From positions 13,928-77,927 of the forward strand of contig CAWJRC010000002.1 in the NCBI GenBank assembly GCA_963845205.1: a DNA stretch of 64,000 nt, in the 5' to 3' direction. The stretch is from an uncultured archaeon. Lineage in GTDB: Archaea > Nanobdellota > Nanobdellia > Pacearchaeales > GW2011-AR1. Below the pieces are notes generated by a model. The model was given only the letters and a program-made list of their open reading frames with translations. It was not told where the DNA came from and searched no databases. Each line of letters opens with the position of its first letter. The stretch's first letter is position 1. Shown here piece by piece: positions 18,603 to 28,009 of this stretch. The position numbers and the translations under genes are program-made.

Positions 18603-20137
18603 TTAAGGTTATATATAATTACGGCAGGTTGAGTTTGAGCTTGGTCAAAGAAATATGCCATTGCGATAGTAAGATTTTCTTCTTGAGGATAGCTAAATGT
18701 CCAATTAGAGCTTTGTTCATATGCGGAAATAACATAAAATTTTATATTTTTATCTGTTTTAAGCAAAGATTCAAAATCATTTTGACTTGCAGGGAAATTC
18801 AAGGTATCGCGATGAGAATAATAACCTATCTGATACGGGCTACTTGTTATTATTTCATCAGAAACGTTGGAATTTTGTCTTAAAAATAATCCTGCTTCCA
18901 TTACTTCTACATAAGAAGGTAATTTTTGTTTTATTAAGGTATCCGCAGATTCAATTTGTGAAAAGGCAACAAAACCAAGAAGTAAGATAATTAGAATTAC
19001 AGCAATTATTTTCATTTTTTTCTTTATATAATTGAAGCAGAACATAATAGAAAGACCAGAAATTATAAAAATGGAAGGAAAAGAGCAGAAAATATATCTA
19101 TCATCATTGGTCTGGACTGCAAAACTGTTTATTATAAGTGGGATGATTAATAAAAGAATTATAAAAAAATCTCCTCTTAATTTCATTTCTTTTTCTTTCA
19201 TTAGAATATCAAAACCCAAAATCATTCTAGTCAAAAGTAAAAGGCCGAGTATAAAGAAAATTAAAAGTATCCAGGTCAGATATATCGGAAATGAGGTTAT
19301 ATAATACCCTAATACATTTAACCCTCCAGAGATTATGCTTGCACTAGTCCCCTGAGGGGCATTCCAGGCCGCTGCTTGAAGTAGGATAAATCCATGAAAT
19401 TGTAAGTAACCCCATATTAGGTAAGGAGCTAGGATTATTAAGAAGATTAAAGCTGAGATCCAAATTTCTTTTTTTAACAAAAACTTTAACTTTTCTGTGA
19501 ACAATAGGTATATTAAAACTGCAAGAAGCAAAAGTGCAGTTGTTATTCTAAATAAAGTTCCAATTCCTAATACCAAAGAGGCCAGATAGAGATATTTGGG
19601 TTTGTTAGTTTTAAAATATTTGAAAAATAAAAATGCGGAAAAAGTAAAAAATGTCAGAGAGGGAAGATCTACCATAAGCCTGTAAGTATAAAAGAGATTA
19701 AGATAAAAAACCGACATGAAAAATGCGGCTAAAAGACCTATTTTCTTATCATAAACTTCTTTTCCTAGAAGATAAATTGCAGGAACAGAAACTATTGAGA
19801 TTAATAAGATCATTAATCTTGGCAAAATTTCAGATTGAGATATCTTAAAAAATATTGCGGTTATAAAGGACAATAAAACATCTCTTACCGGATTAATCTG
19901 AAAATTTATCCCAAAGGCCCATTTCCTAGCCATTTGCATATATTCTGCTTCATCCCACCAAAGAGGCTGATTGCTGGTCAAAACAAAATAATAGATTCTT
20001 ATGGCTATTGCCAAAAGAATAATAGCCAACAGACTAGAATTATAAGGATTTTTTAGCCAATTTATTATTTTTCCTTTTCTTTTATTAATCTTTTTTTCAG
20101 ATAGAGTTTCTTTTATTTCTCCTTTTATCTCTTCCAT
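18599..20137 (-). CDS. GT-C fold glycosyltransferase (ArnT/PMT family)
   Basis: 512 aa, >10 TM. A PLWWDEAEY motif sits in the first extracytoplasmic loop. 4-nt overlap with the downstream GT2. Confidence 0.7.
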   Translation of the reverse strand: MEEIKGEIKETLSEKKINKRKGKIINWLKNPYNSSLLAIILLAIAIRIYYFVLTSNQPLWWDEAEYMQMARKWAFGINFQINPVRDVLLSFITAIFFKISQSEILPRLMILLISIVSVPAIYLLGKEVYDKKIGLLAAFFMSVFYLNLFYTYRLMVDLPSLTFFTFSAFLFFKYFKTNKPKYLYLASLVLGIGTLFRITTALLLLAVLIYLLFTEKLKFLLKKEIWISALIFLIILAPYLIWGYLQFHGFILLQAAAWNAPQGTSASIISGGLNVLGYYITSFPIYLTWILLIFFILGLLLLTRMILGFDILMKEKEMKLRGDFFIILLLIIPLIINSFAVQTNDDRYIFCSFPSIFIISGLSIMFCFNYIKKKMKIIAVILIILLLGFVAFSQIESADTLIKQKLPSYVEVMEAGLFLRQNSNVSDEIITSSPYQIGYYSHRDTLNFPASQNDFESLLKTDKNIKFYVISAYEQSSNWTFSYPQEENLTIAMAYFFDQAQTQPAVIIYNLK

Positions 20138-20146
20138 GATAAAAAA

Positions 20147-21120
20147 TTAGATGATTATCCGGTTTTTATTTGTTTTGGGGTAAAACCCATTGGTATTTTG
20201 TAGAACAGAAACATATTGTCCTATCCCTTCTTCTAATGAGATAAAATCCCCTTTGAAACCCACTTTCCTTAACTTAGTCAAATCGGCCTTTGTAAATTTT
20301 TGATATTTCCCCTTTAAATCTTCAGGGAAATGAACAAATTCTATTTTGGTCTCTTCACCATATAATCCAGACATAATATTAGCTATTTTAGAAAAACTTT
20401 CTGCTTTACCTGTTCCGCAATTAAAGATTCCATTTATTATTGAATTTTCAAAGAAGAATAAATTAACCTTCACAGCGTCATCAACATGAATGAAATCTCT
20501 AGAAAAATCTTCGCTACCTTCAAATAATTCTATTTTTTTTTCAGATAAATTCTGATTATGAAAATGATAAATTGCTGAAGCCATTTTACCTTTGTGATTT
20601 TCTTGAGGACCATAAACATTAAAATAGCGTATTCCTACAATTTGACTTCCAAGATTTTTTATTTTTCTAACATAATTATCAAACAAAATTTTTGAAAGAG
20701 CATAATTATTCAGTGGATGTTCACAATATCTTTTTTCTTCAAAACCATCCTGCCCATAACCATAAACAGAAGCAGACGATGCATAAATTAAACGAATTTT
20801 ATTCTCTAAGCAGAAATTGAGAATTTTTTTGCTGTAAAGGTAATTATTCTCCATTAAGTAATTTTTGTTATTTTCCATAGTATTTGAGCAGGCACCAAGA
20901 TGGAATATAGTTTCTATATTTTTTTCTTTGAAAGAATTTAATTTGCCTAAGAAATTTTTTTGTCCCAATAATCTAAAAAGTTTAATGATCTCAAATTTTT
21001 TTGTTTTGAAGGATTTCCTTTTATATTGTCAACAATAATTAGGTCTTCTATTCCTTTTTTATTTAAACCTCTAACAAGGTTGCTTCCAATAAACCCTGCT
21101 CCGCCAGTGACTACTATCAT
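20147..21120 (-). pseudogene. hldD: ADP-L-glycero-D-manno-heptose 6-epimerase (HldD/RfaD-like), interrupted by a -1 frameshift in a 7-nt homopolymer
   Basis: The N-terminal 57 codons ([20 protein letters not shown]) stop at 20947. The rest (NFLGK..FHLGACS..YASSASVYG..YALSK..RYFNVYGPQENHKGKMAS) continues in the -1 frame from the T7 run at 20955-20961. The start overlaps the upstream kinase stop (ATGA). Confidence 0.8.
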
Positions 21121-22043
21121 TTTTTATCTTTTATCAATTCCTCTTTTAGTTCATCTAATCTTACCTGATATGTTCCTTTTTTGCCTACAGAGATTCCTGC
21201 TGCATAATTTGCTAGTATTACTGATTCTTCAAGGGGATATCCAGAGGATAAAGCTAAAGATAGAGTCGCAATTGCGGTATCTCCTGCCCCCGTAACATCA
21301 TAAACTTCTTTCGCAACTGTTGGAATCTCTATTTGTTTATCTGAAAATAAAGCCATACCTTTTTCACCCCTAGTTATTAAAATATTACATTTTAACCTAT
21401 TCTGTAGATCTTTTCCTGCAGAATAAATTTCTTTTTTGGGGCTCATTTCCAACGCCTCTTTTTCATTGGGAGTAATTAAAAAAGAATTTGTATAAAGGGC
21501 AATATTTTGGGGTTTTGGATCAATAATTATTTTCTTATTAAAAGGTTTTAAAAAATTAATTAAACTCTCCGTAACACAACCTTTTGCATAATCAGAAATT
21601 ATTATTACATTTGAAGTTACAGATTCCTGTTTTAAAGATTCTAAGGTTTTAGAATTAAAATATTTAGATAAGGTGTCTTCCCAGTCTAATCTAACAATTT
21701 GCTGCTCTCCTCCAATTATTCTTTCTTTTACGGTTGTTTTATGATTAGTATCAAAAAAAGATTTTACGCCTTTTATTTCCGAAAGATTTAAAAGAATTTT
21801 TGCATTTTCATCACTTCCAATAAACCCAAATAAAGAAGCAGAACCTCCAAGAGAAGAGATATTTGCTGCTACATTCGCAGCGCCACCTAATTTGTAAGAT
21901 TCTTCTATTACATTCACTATTGGAACAGGAGCTTCAGGGGAAATTCTTGAGACATTTCCAAAGACATATTTGTCTAACATTATATCCCCAATAACAACAA
22001 TTTTTGCATTGAGAAATTCATCCAATAAATGGTCAAGATTCAT
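21117..22043 (-). CDS. PfkB-family sugar kinase, D-beta-D-heptose 7-phosphate kinase-like (HldE domain I)
   Basis: [45 protein letters not shown] closely mirrors the RfaE/HldE kinase domain. A C-terminal DVTGAGDT motif is present. Confidence 0.8.
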   Translation of the reverse strand: MNLDHLLDEFLNAKIVVIGDIMLDKYVFGNVSRISPEAPVPIVNVIEESYKLGGAANVAANISSLGGSASLFGFIGSDENAKILLNLSEIKGVKSFFDTNHKTTVKERIIGGEQQIVRLDWEDTLSKYFNSKTLESLKQESVTSNVIIISDYAKGCVTESLINFLKPFNKKIIIDPKPQNIALYTNSFLITPNEKEALEMSPKKEIYSAGKDLQNRLKCNILITRGEKGMALFSDKQIEIPTVAKEVYDVTGAGDTAIATLSLALSSGYPLEESVILANYAAGISVGKKGTYQVRLDELKEELIKDKK

Positions 22044-22104
22044 TTTTTTTATTATTTAAGGAGATATAAAAAGATTATTAATCTAAGATATAGATTTTGA
22101 CTTA

Positions 22105-22980
22105 TCATTTAGTGCTTTCTACTCTTTCCCAATTATCTTTGTGATGTCTCTTTTTCACATAGACTTCTAAAAATACTATCCCCCACATATATAATCTAGC
22201 AAATATTAACTCAACTGTCCAAAAAAATTCCTTAAGATTTTTGGGATAAAACAAGGCAGATATTATGCCTTTAGACTCTGCAGAGAAAGTTTTAGTCCTA
22301 GGATTTTTTTTTATATCAACATATTTGTTTAATGTTTCATGAGCCCTGCTAGTTCTTACTTTTTGACTTACCCATTCATTCCAACTATCAACATTCTTAA
22401 CAAATACTAAAGCCTTTTCTGCATAATCAATTTTGTATCCTTTTTCGGAGAAAAAATAAGGAACTATCGCATCCTCTGCAACATCTAATGGAAAATTTTT
22501 TACAATACCCTTCCTAAAAGCCCATAAATAACCAGAACATTCCAAAAATTTTCCTTCCAAGTTCAATTTTTTTCTTAATCTATGTGCAGAATCAAAAAGA
22601 AAATTTGCCCAGTAACCATATTTAGTCTTCCTATTCTCTGTCGGAACAGGTCTACCAGTTACACACCCTACTTGAGGGTCTTCAAATTTTTTTAGAATCT
22701 CACTAACTGAATTATTTGAAACATAAACATCACCATCGCTTAATATTAATAAATCCCCTTTAACCTTTTTAAGGATTAAATTAAGGGCATAACTCTTTCC
22801 CTTCCCTGGATCTTTAAACAACTTAACTTTCTTGTATTTTTTAACGATATTCTGAGTTTCTTTATCCGGAGCAGAAACAATTAGTTCATATCGTTCATTA
22901 ATTTTTTGATCTAAGAAGGATTTTACCGCTCTTTCAATCGTTTTAGGTTCGTTAAAAGAGGTTATAATTACTGAGATCAT
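22105..22980 (-). CDS. GT2 family glycosyltransferase
   Basis: ISVIITSFNEP start and an LSDGDV (DxD) motif. Confidence 0.8.
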   Translation of the reverse strand: MISVIITSFNEPKTIERAVKSFLDQKINERYELIVSAPDKETQNIVKKYKKVKLFKDPGKGKSYALNLILKKVKGDLLILSDGDVYVSNNSVSEILKKFEDPQVGCVTGRPVPTENRKTKYGYWANFLFDSAHRLRKKLNLEGKFLECSGYLWAFRKGIVKNFPLDVAEDAIVPYFFSEKGYKIDYAEKALVFVKNVDSWNEWVSQKVRTSRAHETLNKYVDIKKNPRTKTFSAESKGIISALFYPKNLKEFFWTVELIFARLYMWGIVFLEVYVKKRHHKDNWERVESTK

Positions 22981-23001
22981 AGATATTTGTGATACATAAT
23001 C

Positions 23002-23010
23002 TTTTTAAAA
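23002..23010. promoter_or_regulatory. single palindromic TATA-like box shared by two divergent leaderless genes
   Basis: TTTTTAAAA is centred ~25 nt from both the 22980 (minus) and 23031 (plus) start codons in a 50-bp intergenic region. Confidence 0.45.
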
Positions 23011-23030
23011 GTAATTAAAATTAAAGAAAT

Positions 23031-23420
23031 ATGAGATATCCCCTAGATGAACTAATTGATAAATGTTCTATAATAAAACTAAAATTTGAAAGAATTCCTG
23101 ACCTTGAAGATAGGACCAGATGGATTAACGAGGTTTCAGAGTATAGCACCGCTATTGGGGAATATATTGGAAGAAAAGTATGCTCAAAAAAAGAAGCAAA
23201 GGGATGGCAAGAAAGGTTATATGAAGTTAATGGGAAAATATGGGATTTAGAAGCGGATATAAGGAAAGGCAAAGAAAATGAATTAGGCCTGGAAGAAGTT
23301 GGACGAAGAGCTATTGAAATAAGAAAATTAAATGGGGAGAGGATAAAGATAAAATCCGAGATAGTAGATAAGATTGGGCAGGGCTATAAGGATATAAAAA
23401 TTAATCACGCATCAGGATAG
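23031..23420 (+). CDS. hypothetical helical protein (possibly DUF4254-like)
   Basis: The IWDLEADIRKG...RKLNGERIKIKSEI pattern resembles a small family found beside sugar loci. This is recalled from memory only. Confidence 0.35.
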   Translation: MRYPLDELIDKCSIIKLKFERIPDLEDRTRWINEVSEYSTAIGEYIGRKVCSKKEAKGWQERLYEVNGKIWDLEADIRKGKENELGLEEVGRRAIEIRKLNGERIKIKSEIVDKIGQGYKDIKINHASG

Positions 23421-23423
23421 AAA

Positions 23424-24791
23424 TCATAAATCAAATCCATAAAGCCTACGATCTCCTTTTTTTCTCATTTGATCATAAAGATTTTTGTATTTATTTCTAA
23501 CCTTTAGATCCTTACTATCTTCATTAATCATTTTATCAAAATTTTTTGAATAATACACTTTAGGGTATTCTACGGCAATTGCAAAAAGCTTTTGTAGATT
23601 AGATATTTGATTCTTATAGTCTAGTGTAAAGTTAAGGATGCTTGAATCAAAAAAGCTGGAATTTAAATCTTCAAAGTTTCCAGAATAAAAATTATTTTTT
23701 ACACAAAATTCTCCAAGTCTTGTTCCGGGATAAGGCTGAAAAATTGAAGCCCATGCATAATCCGGTTTACATTTTATATTAAGTTCAAGAGTTTCTATAT
23801 CATTTTCTATTGAACCAGTCGGAATACCTAGGATGTTTTGCAACATAAATTTTATATCATATTTTTTTAATAGATTACATGCATCATAAATCTGCTCCTT
23901 ACTCATCTTTCTATTAAGAATTTCATTTCTTAATTGATCATTTGCCGCTTCTGCTGCTAAATGCACACTATAACATCCAGCCTTTTTTAATAAACTTACT
24001 TTCTCTTCTGTAAGTGTATTAGCTCTTACATGACAATGAAAAGGAAAATTTATTTTTTTGGAGTATTCCCTAGAAAAATTTTCAAGCCATTCTTTATTAA
24101 GTGTAAAGGTATCATCTTGAAAATAAATAAATCTAGTAGGAGAATTATTGATTACTTCAGAGATTTCTTCAATAAAAGAATCAACATCTCTATGTCTTAC
24201 TCTTTGGCCTTTCCCCTTGTATAAATCTGAATATAACTCATTAAAACAATAGGAACAATTAAATGGGCAGCCGCGTGAAGAGATAAAATGTTTTATTGGA
24301 TCGTTTTTTATATCAGAATATTTGAAGACCAAATCCCTATCTGGAAAAGCCAAATTGTCCAAATCGGATAAGTTTCTTAATTCATTAGAAATAATTTTAT
24401 TCTCTTTTTTAATTGTTAAACTCGGAATTCTTTCATTATAAGGATCATTTAGAAAATCAACAAAGGCATTTTCTCCTTCACCTCTACAGATGACATCAAC
24501 TCCTTCTTCTTTAATAAACTCAGGGAAAAAGGTTGGATGCGAGCCCCCAAAGATACTAATACTGTTATTAATCTTTTTAATATCCCTATTTAATCCAGAA
24601 TAAAATTTCTGATCTCCTGTAAGTACACTATATGCCAAAATCTCGGGTTTATATTCCAGGATTTTTTTTTCAAGATTTTCAGAAGTTAGAACTATATCTA
24701 CTTCATGATTTTCTTTTTTTGCAGAAGAAGAAAGATACATTATCCCTAAAGGTTCTATTTTAAATGGTTTGGTTACAAACAATACTTTCAT
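23424..24791 (-). CDS. class B (B12-binding domain) radical SAM enzyme
   Basis: N-terminal Rossmann/B12-like domain (ILAYSVLT..IFGGSHPT..CRGEGE), then SSRGCPFNCSYC (CxxxCxxC). Confidence 0.85.
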   Translation of the reverse strand: MKVLFVTKPFKIEPLGIMYLSSSAKKENHEVDIVLTSENLEKKILEYKPEILAYSVLTGDQKFYSGLNRDIKKINNSISIFGGSHPTFFPEFIKEEGVDVICRGEGENAFVDFLNDPYNERIPSLTIKKENKIISNELRNLSDLDNLAFPDRDLVFKYSDIKNDPIKHFISSRGCPFNCSYCFNELYSDLYKGKGQRVRHRDVDSFIEEISEVINNSPTRFIYFQDDTFTLNKEWLENFSREYSKKINFPFHCHVRANTLTEEKVSLLKKAGCYSVHLAAEAANDQLRNEILNRKMSKEQIYDACNLLKKYDIKFMLQNILGIPTGSIENDIETLELNIKCKPDYAWASIFQPYPGTRLGEFCVKNNFYSGNFEDLNSSFFDSSILNFTLDYKNQISNLQKLFAIAVEYPKVYYSKNFDKMINEDSKDLKVRNKYKNLYDQMRKKGDRRLYGFDL

Positions 24792-24914
24792 TTCTTTAAC
24801 TTCCTATTTTGAAGTTATAAATTTTATGTAGGTAAGATTTAACGCATATTTATCCTAATTGAGATATATTATTCATACATAAATCCTTTAAAAGGAGAAT
24901 AAGAAGGCTTTGAT

Positions 24915-26795
24915 ATGAAAGCATTAATTTTAGCCGGCGGAAGGGGCTCTAGGTTAAAGGAAATAACAAAAGAGAAAAATAAGAGTATGATCTCTCTTTT
25001 TGAAAAGCTATTGATAGAATATAACTTAGACCATGCAGTTGAAGCAGAAGTTAGTGAAATAGTTATTGTAATTGGGTATGAAGGAGAAAAAATAAAAAAA
25101 GAAGTTGGAAAAGAATACAAAGGGATCCCGATAAAATATGCTATACAAAAAGAACAGAGAGGGCTCGTAAATGCCATTGAATGTTCAAAAGAAGTTATTG
25201 GGACTTCAGATTTTATTTTAATGCTTGCTGATGAAATAATCCCTAAAGCGGATATAAACGGAATGATAAAAAGGTTTAAGGAAGAAAAGTTATTTGCTCT
25301 TTGTGGAATTGTTTATGAAGAAGATAAGTCCAGTATAGGAAAAACATATTCAGCAATGATTAATGAAGAAGGAAGAATTTTCAGGCTTATTGAAAAGCCC
25401 AAAGTTGCTATAAACAAAATAAAAGGTACAGGACATTGTGTTTTAAGAAATGAAATTTTTGATTATATTGAAAGAACCCCTATAAATGCGAATAGAGGAG
25501 AAAAGGAATTAGTTGATTTAATTCAAGTTTCTATTGATGACGGAAAAAGAGTGTATATTCATAAAATAAGTGAGGGGGGATATGTGAATGTTAATACAAA
25601 AGAGGATTATAATCTGGCAAAAGAATTAATACAAAAAAATAATCCACGAGTTTTACTTGTTCATACCCAAATGAAGTATATTGGGGGGGCAGAGTTATTG
25701 ATTGTTGAATTAGCTAATGAGTTAACCAAAAAAGGGATAAAGAATGATATTCTTGCATTATCAAAATCAAAAGAAGTTCAAGGTAAGCTAATCAATACAG
25801 AGATAATCATCCCTCTGCATAATATAAATCTTGAACCCCCAGGATTCAAGAATAGTAAGGATATTTTGGAATTTATAAAGATATACAGAAAAGAAATAAG
25901 AAAAATGATTGGAGAATATGATGTAATCAATTTTCATAATTTTCCTGCCACTTGGACCTTATTCCCAAAGAAAAAACCATGTGTTTGGATGCTCAATGAA
26001 CCTCCCAATTTGTGGAGTAGACCCAATGCGAGTATTATTTTAAAATTCTTAAATAACTTAAGAAATTACTTAGATAAAAAAATTGTGAAAAATTCTGTTG
26101 ATATAATTTGTGTTGCGGATGAATTTAACAAAGAAAGATGCAGAATAAGATATAAAAAAAATCCGAGAATAATTTACTACGGGGTAAATTACGATTTTTT
26201 CTCAAAAGGAAATGCAAAAAAGGCAATTAAAAAATTTGGTATTAAAGATAAGTTTGTTATTGTTCAGTCGGGGATGATAACAAAACAAAAAAATCAGATG
26301 GGGAGCATAAATTCATTTAATAAAATAAAAGAAAAAATACCTAATGCTGTACTTGTTCTTGCAGGAGAGGCTGCAGATAAAGAGTATAGGACTGAAATTG
26401 AAGATTATTTAAAAAGAAATAATTTACAAAAAAAGGTTCTTTTTACTGGAAATCTTACAAGAGACGATTTGAGGGATTTATACAAAGCTAGTGATGTAGG
26501 AATTTTTCCTGTCGGTAAACAAGGAGGCTGGCTTTCTCCTTTTGAATTATTATGTTCCGGAAATCCTATAATTGTATCGGAAGAAATGGGTGCTGCATCA
26601 ATAATCAAAAAGTTTAATCTTGGGATCACAACAAAAAATTATTCTGAAGCATTACTTGAAGTTTACGAAAAAAACAAAGAATACAAAATTCAGGCAAAAA
26701 AATCTGCAGAATTTATAAAGAAAAGCCTAGGGTGGAATGTGTTTACGGATAAGATGATCCAAGCATACAAAGATGCCTGGAAAATGCACAGTTAA
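24915..26795 (+). CDS. fusion protein: sugar-1-phosphate nucleotidylyltransferase (N-terminal) plus GT4-type glycosyltransferase (C-terminal)
   Basis: MKALILAGGRGSRLKE plus LADEI in the first ~235 aa. A GT-B/GT4 pattern (GGAELLIVELANEL...GWLSPFELLCSGNPIIVS) follows from about aa 245. Confidence 0.8.
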   Translation: MKALILAGGRGSRLKEITKEKNKSMISLFEKLLIEYNLDHAVEAEVSEIVIVIGYEGEKIKKEVGKEYKGIPIKYAIQKEQRGLVNAIECSKEVIGTSDFILMLADEIIPKADINGMIKRFKEEKLFALCGIVYEEDKSSIGKTYSAMINEEGRIFRLIEKPKVAINKIKGTGHCVLRNEIFDYIERTPINANRGEKELVDLIQVSIDDGKRVYIHKISEGGYVNVNTKEDYNLAKELIQKNNPRVLLVHTQMKYIGGAELLIVELANELTKKGIKNDILALSKSKEVQGKLINTEIIIPLHNINLEPPGFKNSKDILEFIKIYRKEIRKMIGEYDVINFHNFPATWTLFPKKKPCVWMLNEPPNLWSRPNASIILKFLNNLRNYLDKKIVKNSVDIICVADEFNKERCRIRYKKNPRIIYYGVNYDFFSKGNAKKAIKKFGIKDKFVIVQSGMITKQKNQMGSINSFNKIKEKIPNAVLVLAGEAADKEYRTEIEDYLKRNNLQKKVLFTGNLTRDDLRDLYKASDVGIFPVGKQGGWLSPFELLCSGNPIIVSEEMGAASIIKKFNLGITTKNYSEALLEVYEKNKEYKIQAKKSAEFIKKSLGWNVFTDKMIQAYKDAWKMHS

Positions 26796-27916
26796 TTCCT
26801 TTTTATCTCATAGGCCGGACATAAGGCGCATTCATTCGGACATTTATTATTTCTTATCATTTTTCTCATTTGTTTATAACGGGGAGAATACCAAATTTCC
26901 CTAAATGGTTTTTCCAATGCATTTCCCAAAGACATTTTTTTCTGCCATTCTCTTGCATTAGCTTCATTTTGGCCACAACAAGGAGTGACGTCTCCTGTAA
27001 CAAAAATAAACGGCATAATATATTCCTTACAATTATTTATTGAAGGTTTTTTTTCCAATCCTTCAGTTTTTTGTTTTGCACACATATTAATAGTGATTGG
27101 AATTTTATACTTTGCAGCTTTTTCTTTTATTTTCTTCACATATTCCCCGTCAATTTCAACAGCATATTTTTCTGCTTCTTTAAATGAATGAAGAAGGGGG
27201 GTTACTAAAACTTCGCCTATATCCGTATTAAGAGAATTAAGAAAGTCCAAGAAATCAAGTAGTTCATCTTTTGATTTACTTGTTATGATGTAATGAAAGT
27301 TAAGTATAGGAAATCTTTTCTTCATTTGTTTTTTTAGGCGGACAAAAGTTCTTAGATTTTTTTCTATTTTTGTATAATCACTTCCAACGCAAACCTTTTC
27401 AAATGAATTTTTTGATGCTCCATATGTAGAGATAAACTGAAAATCAGGACCTATTTTTATAAGTTCTTTAATTTCATCATCATTTTTGAAATGTGCAAAA
27501 TGATCAAAAACTTCTATAATAGTCCCCTTTGATTTTGCATATGCAAGCATTTTATGATAGTCTTTGTTTAAATAAGAAGAACCAATTCCAGTAAGCCCCA
27601 GCCATTTAGGCCTTCCAAAATCATCGAAAATTTTTTTGAATTGCTCGAATGTCATATTTTTTGGAGGTTCTTTCCAATAAGTATGTTCACAACAAATGCA
27701 TTTAAGGTTACAGACAGTCGTTGGTTCTATTTCCAAAAAAGGAGGAAATAAATCAATTCCTAATTTAGGGAATAATTTATTCAAAAGAAATGAAGCAGTT
27801 TTTCTATTCCACCAAAGAGGATAAACCCAGAACATATTACCAATTTCACGGAATCTTCCAGCAAGAATAAAATTAGAAAAGAGCTTTAATTTGTGAGAAA
27901 AAGACATGGTGGGCAT
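26792..27916 (-). CDS. radical SAM / SPASM-domain protein
   Basis: EPTTVCNLKCICC cluster. The C-terminal Cys-rich region (VTPCCGQ...CPNECALCPAY) is typical of SPASM. Confidence 0.8.
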   Translation of the reverse strand: MPTMSFSHKLKLFSNFILAGRFREIGNMFWVYPLWWNRKTASFLLNKLFPKLGIDLFPPFLEIEPTTVCNLKCICCEHTYWKEPPKNMTFEQFKKIFDDFGRPKWLGLTGIGSSYLNKDYHKMLAYAKSKGTIIEVFDHFAHFKNDDEIKELIKIGPDFQFISTYGASKNSFEKVCVGSDYTKIEKNLRTFVRLKKQMKKRFPILNFHYIITSKSKDELLDFLDFLNSLNTDIGEVLVTPLLHSFKEAEKYAVEIDGEYVKKIKEKAAKYKIPITINMCAKQKTEGLEKKPSINNCKEYIMPFIFVTGDVTPCCGQNEANAREWQKKMSLGNALEKPFREIWYSPRYKQMRKMIRNNKCPNECALCPAYEIKRN

Positions 27917-27935
27917 TTATAAGGAAGAAAAAAGG

Positions 27936-27954
27936 GGTTTTTAAGGATTATTAA
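27936..27954 (-). promoter_or_regulatory. conserved 19-nt element (GGTTTTTAAGGATTATTAA on the plus strand) ~25 nt upstream of the minus-strand start at 27916
   Basis: An identical 19-mer recurs at 35339-35357, at the same distance from the minus-strand start at 35319. Confidence 0.45.
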
Positions 27955-27989
27955 TTAATGCTAGATATAGGTAAATAATATATTTTAGA

Positions 27990-28009
27990 TACATAAATCT
28001 ATTTAAATA
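27990..28009 (+). promoter_or_regulatory. TACATAAAT element plus TATA box ~25 nt upstream of the ATG at 28029
   Basis: TACATAAATCTATTTAAATA is nearly identical to 40839-40858 (TACATAAATCTTTTTAAATA). Related copies lie at 24876-24894, 22993-23010 and, on the minus strand, 24830-24814. Confidence 0.45.

Noticed and set aside
18590-19304. Plus-strand ORFs (97, 67 and 90 aa) opposite the GT-C glycosyltransferase gene.
   Set aside because: They are antisense to a long polytopic membrane-protein ORF, with low-complexity hydrophobic or basic translations.
21026-21295. 89-aa plus-strand ORF.
   Set aside because: It lies antisense to the HldD N-terminus and the HldE-kinase C-terminus, both of which have strong family motifs.
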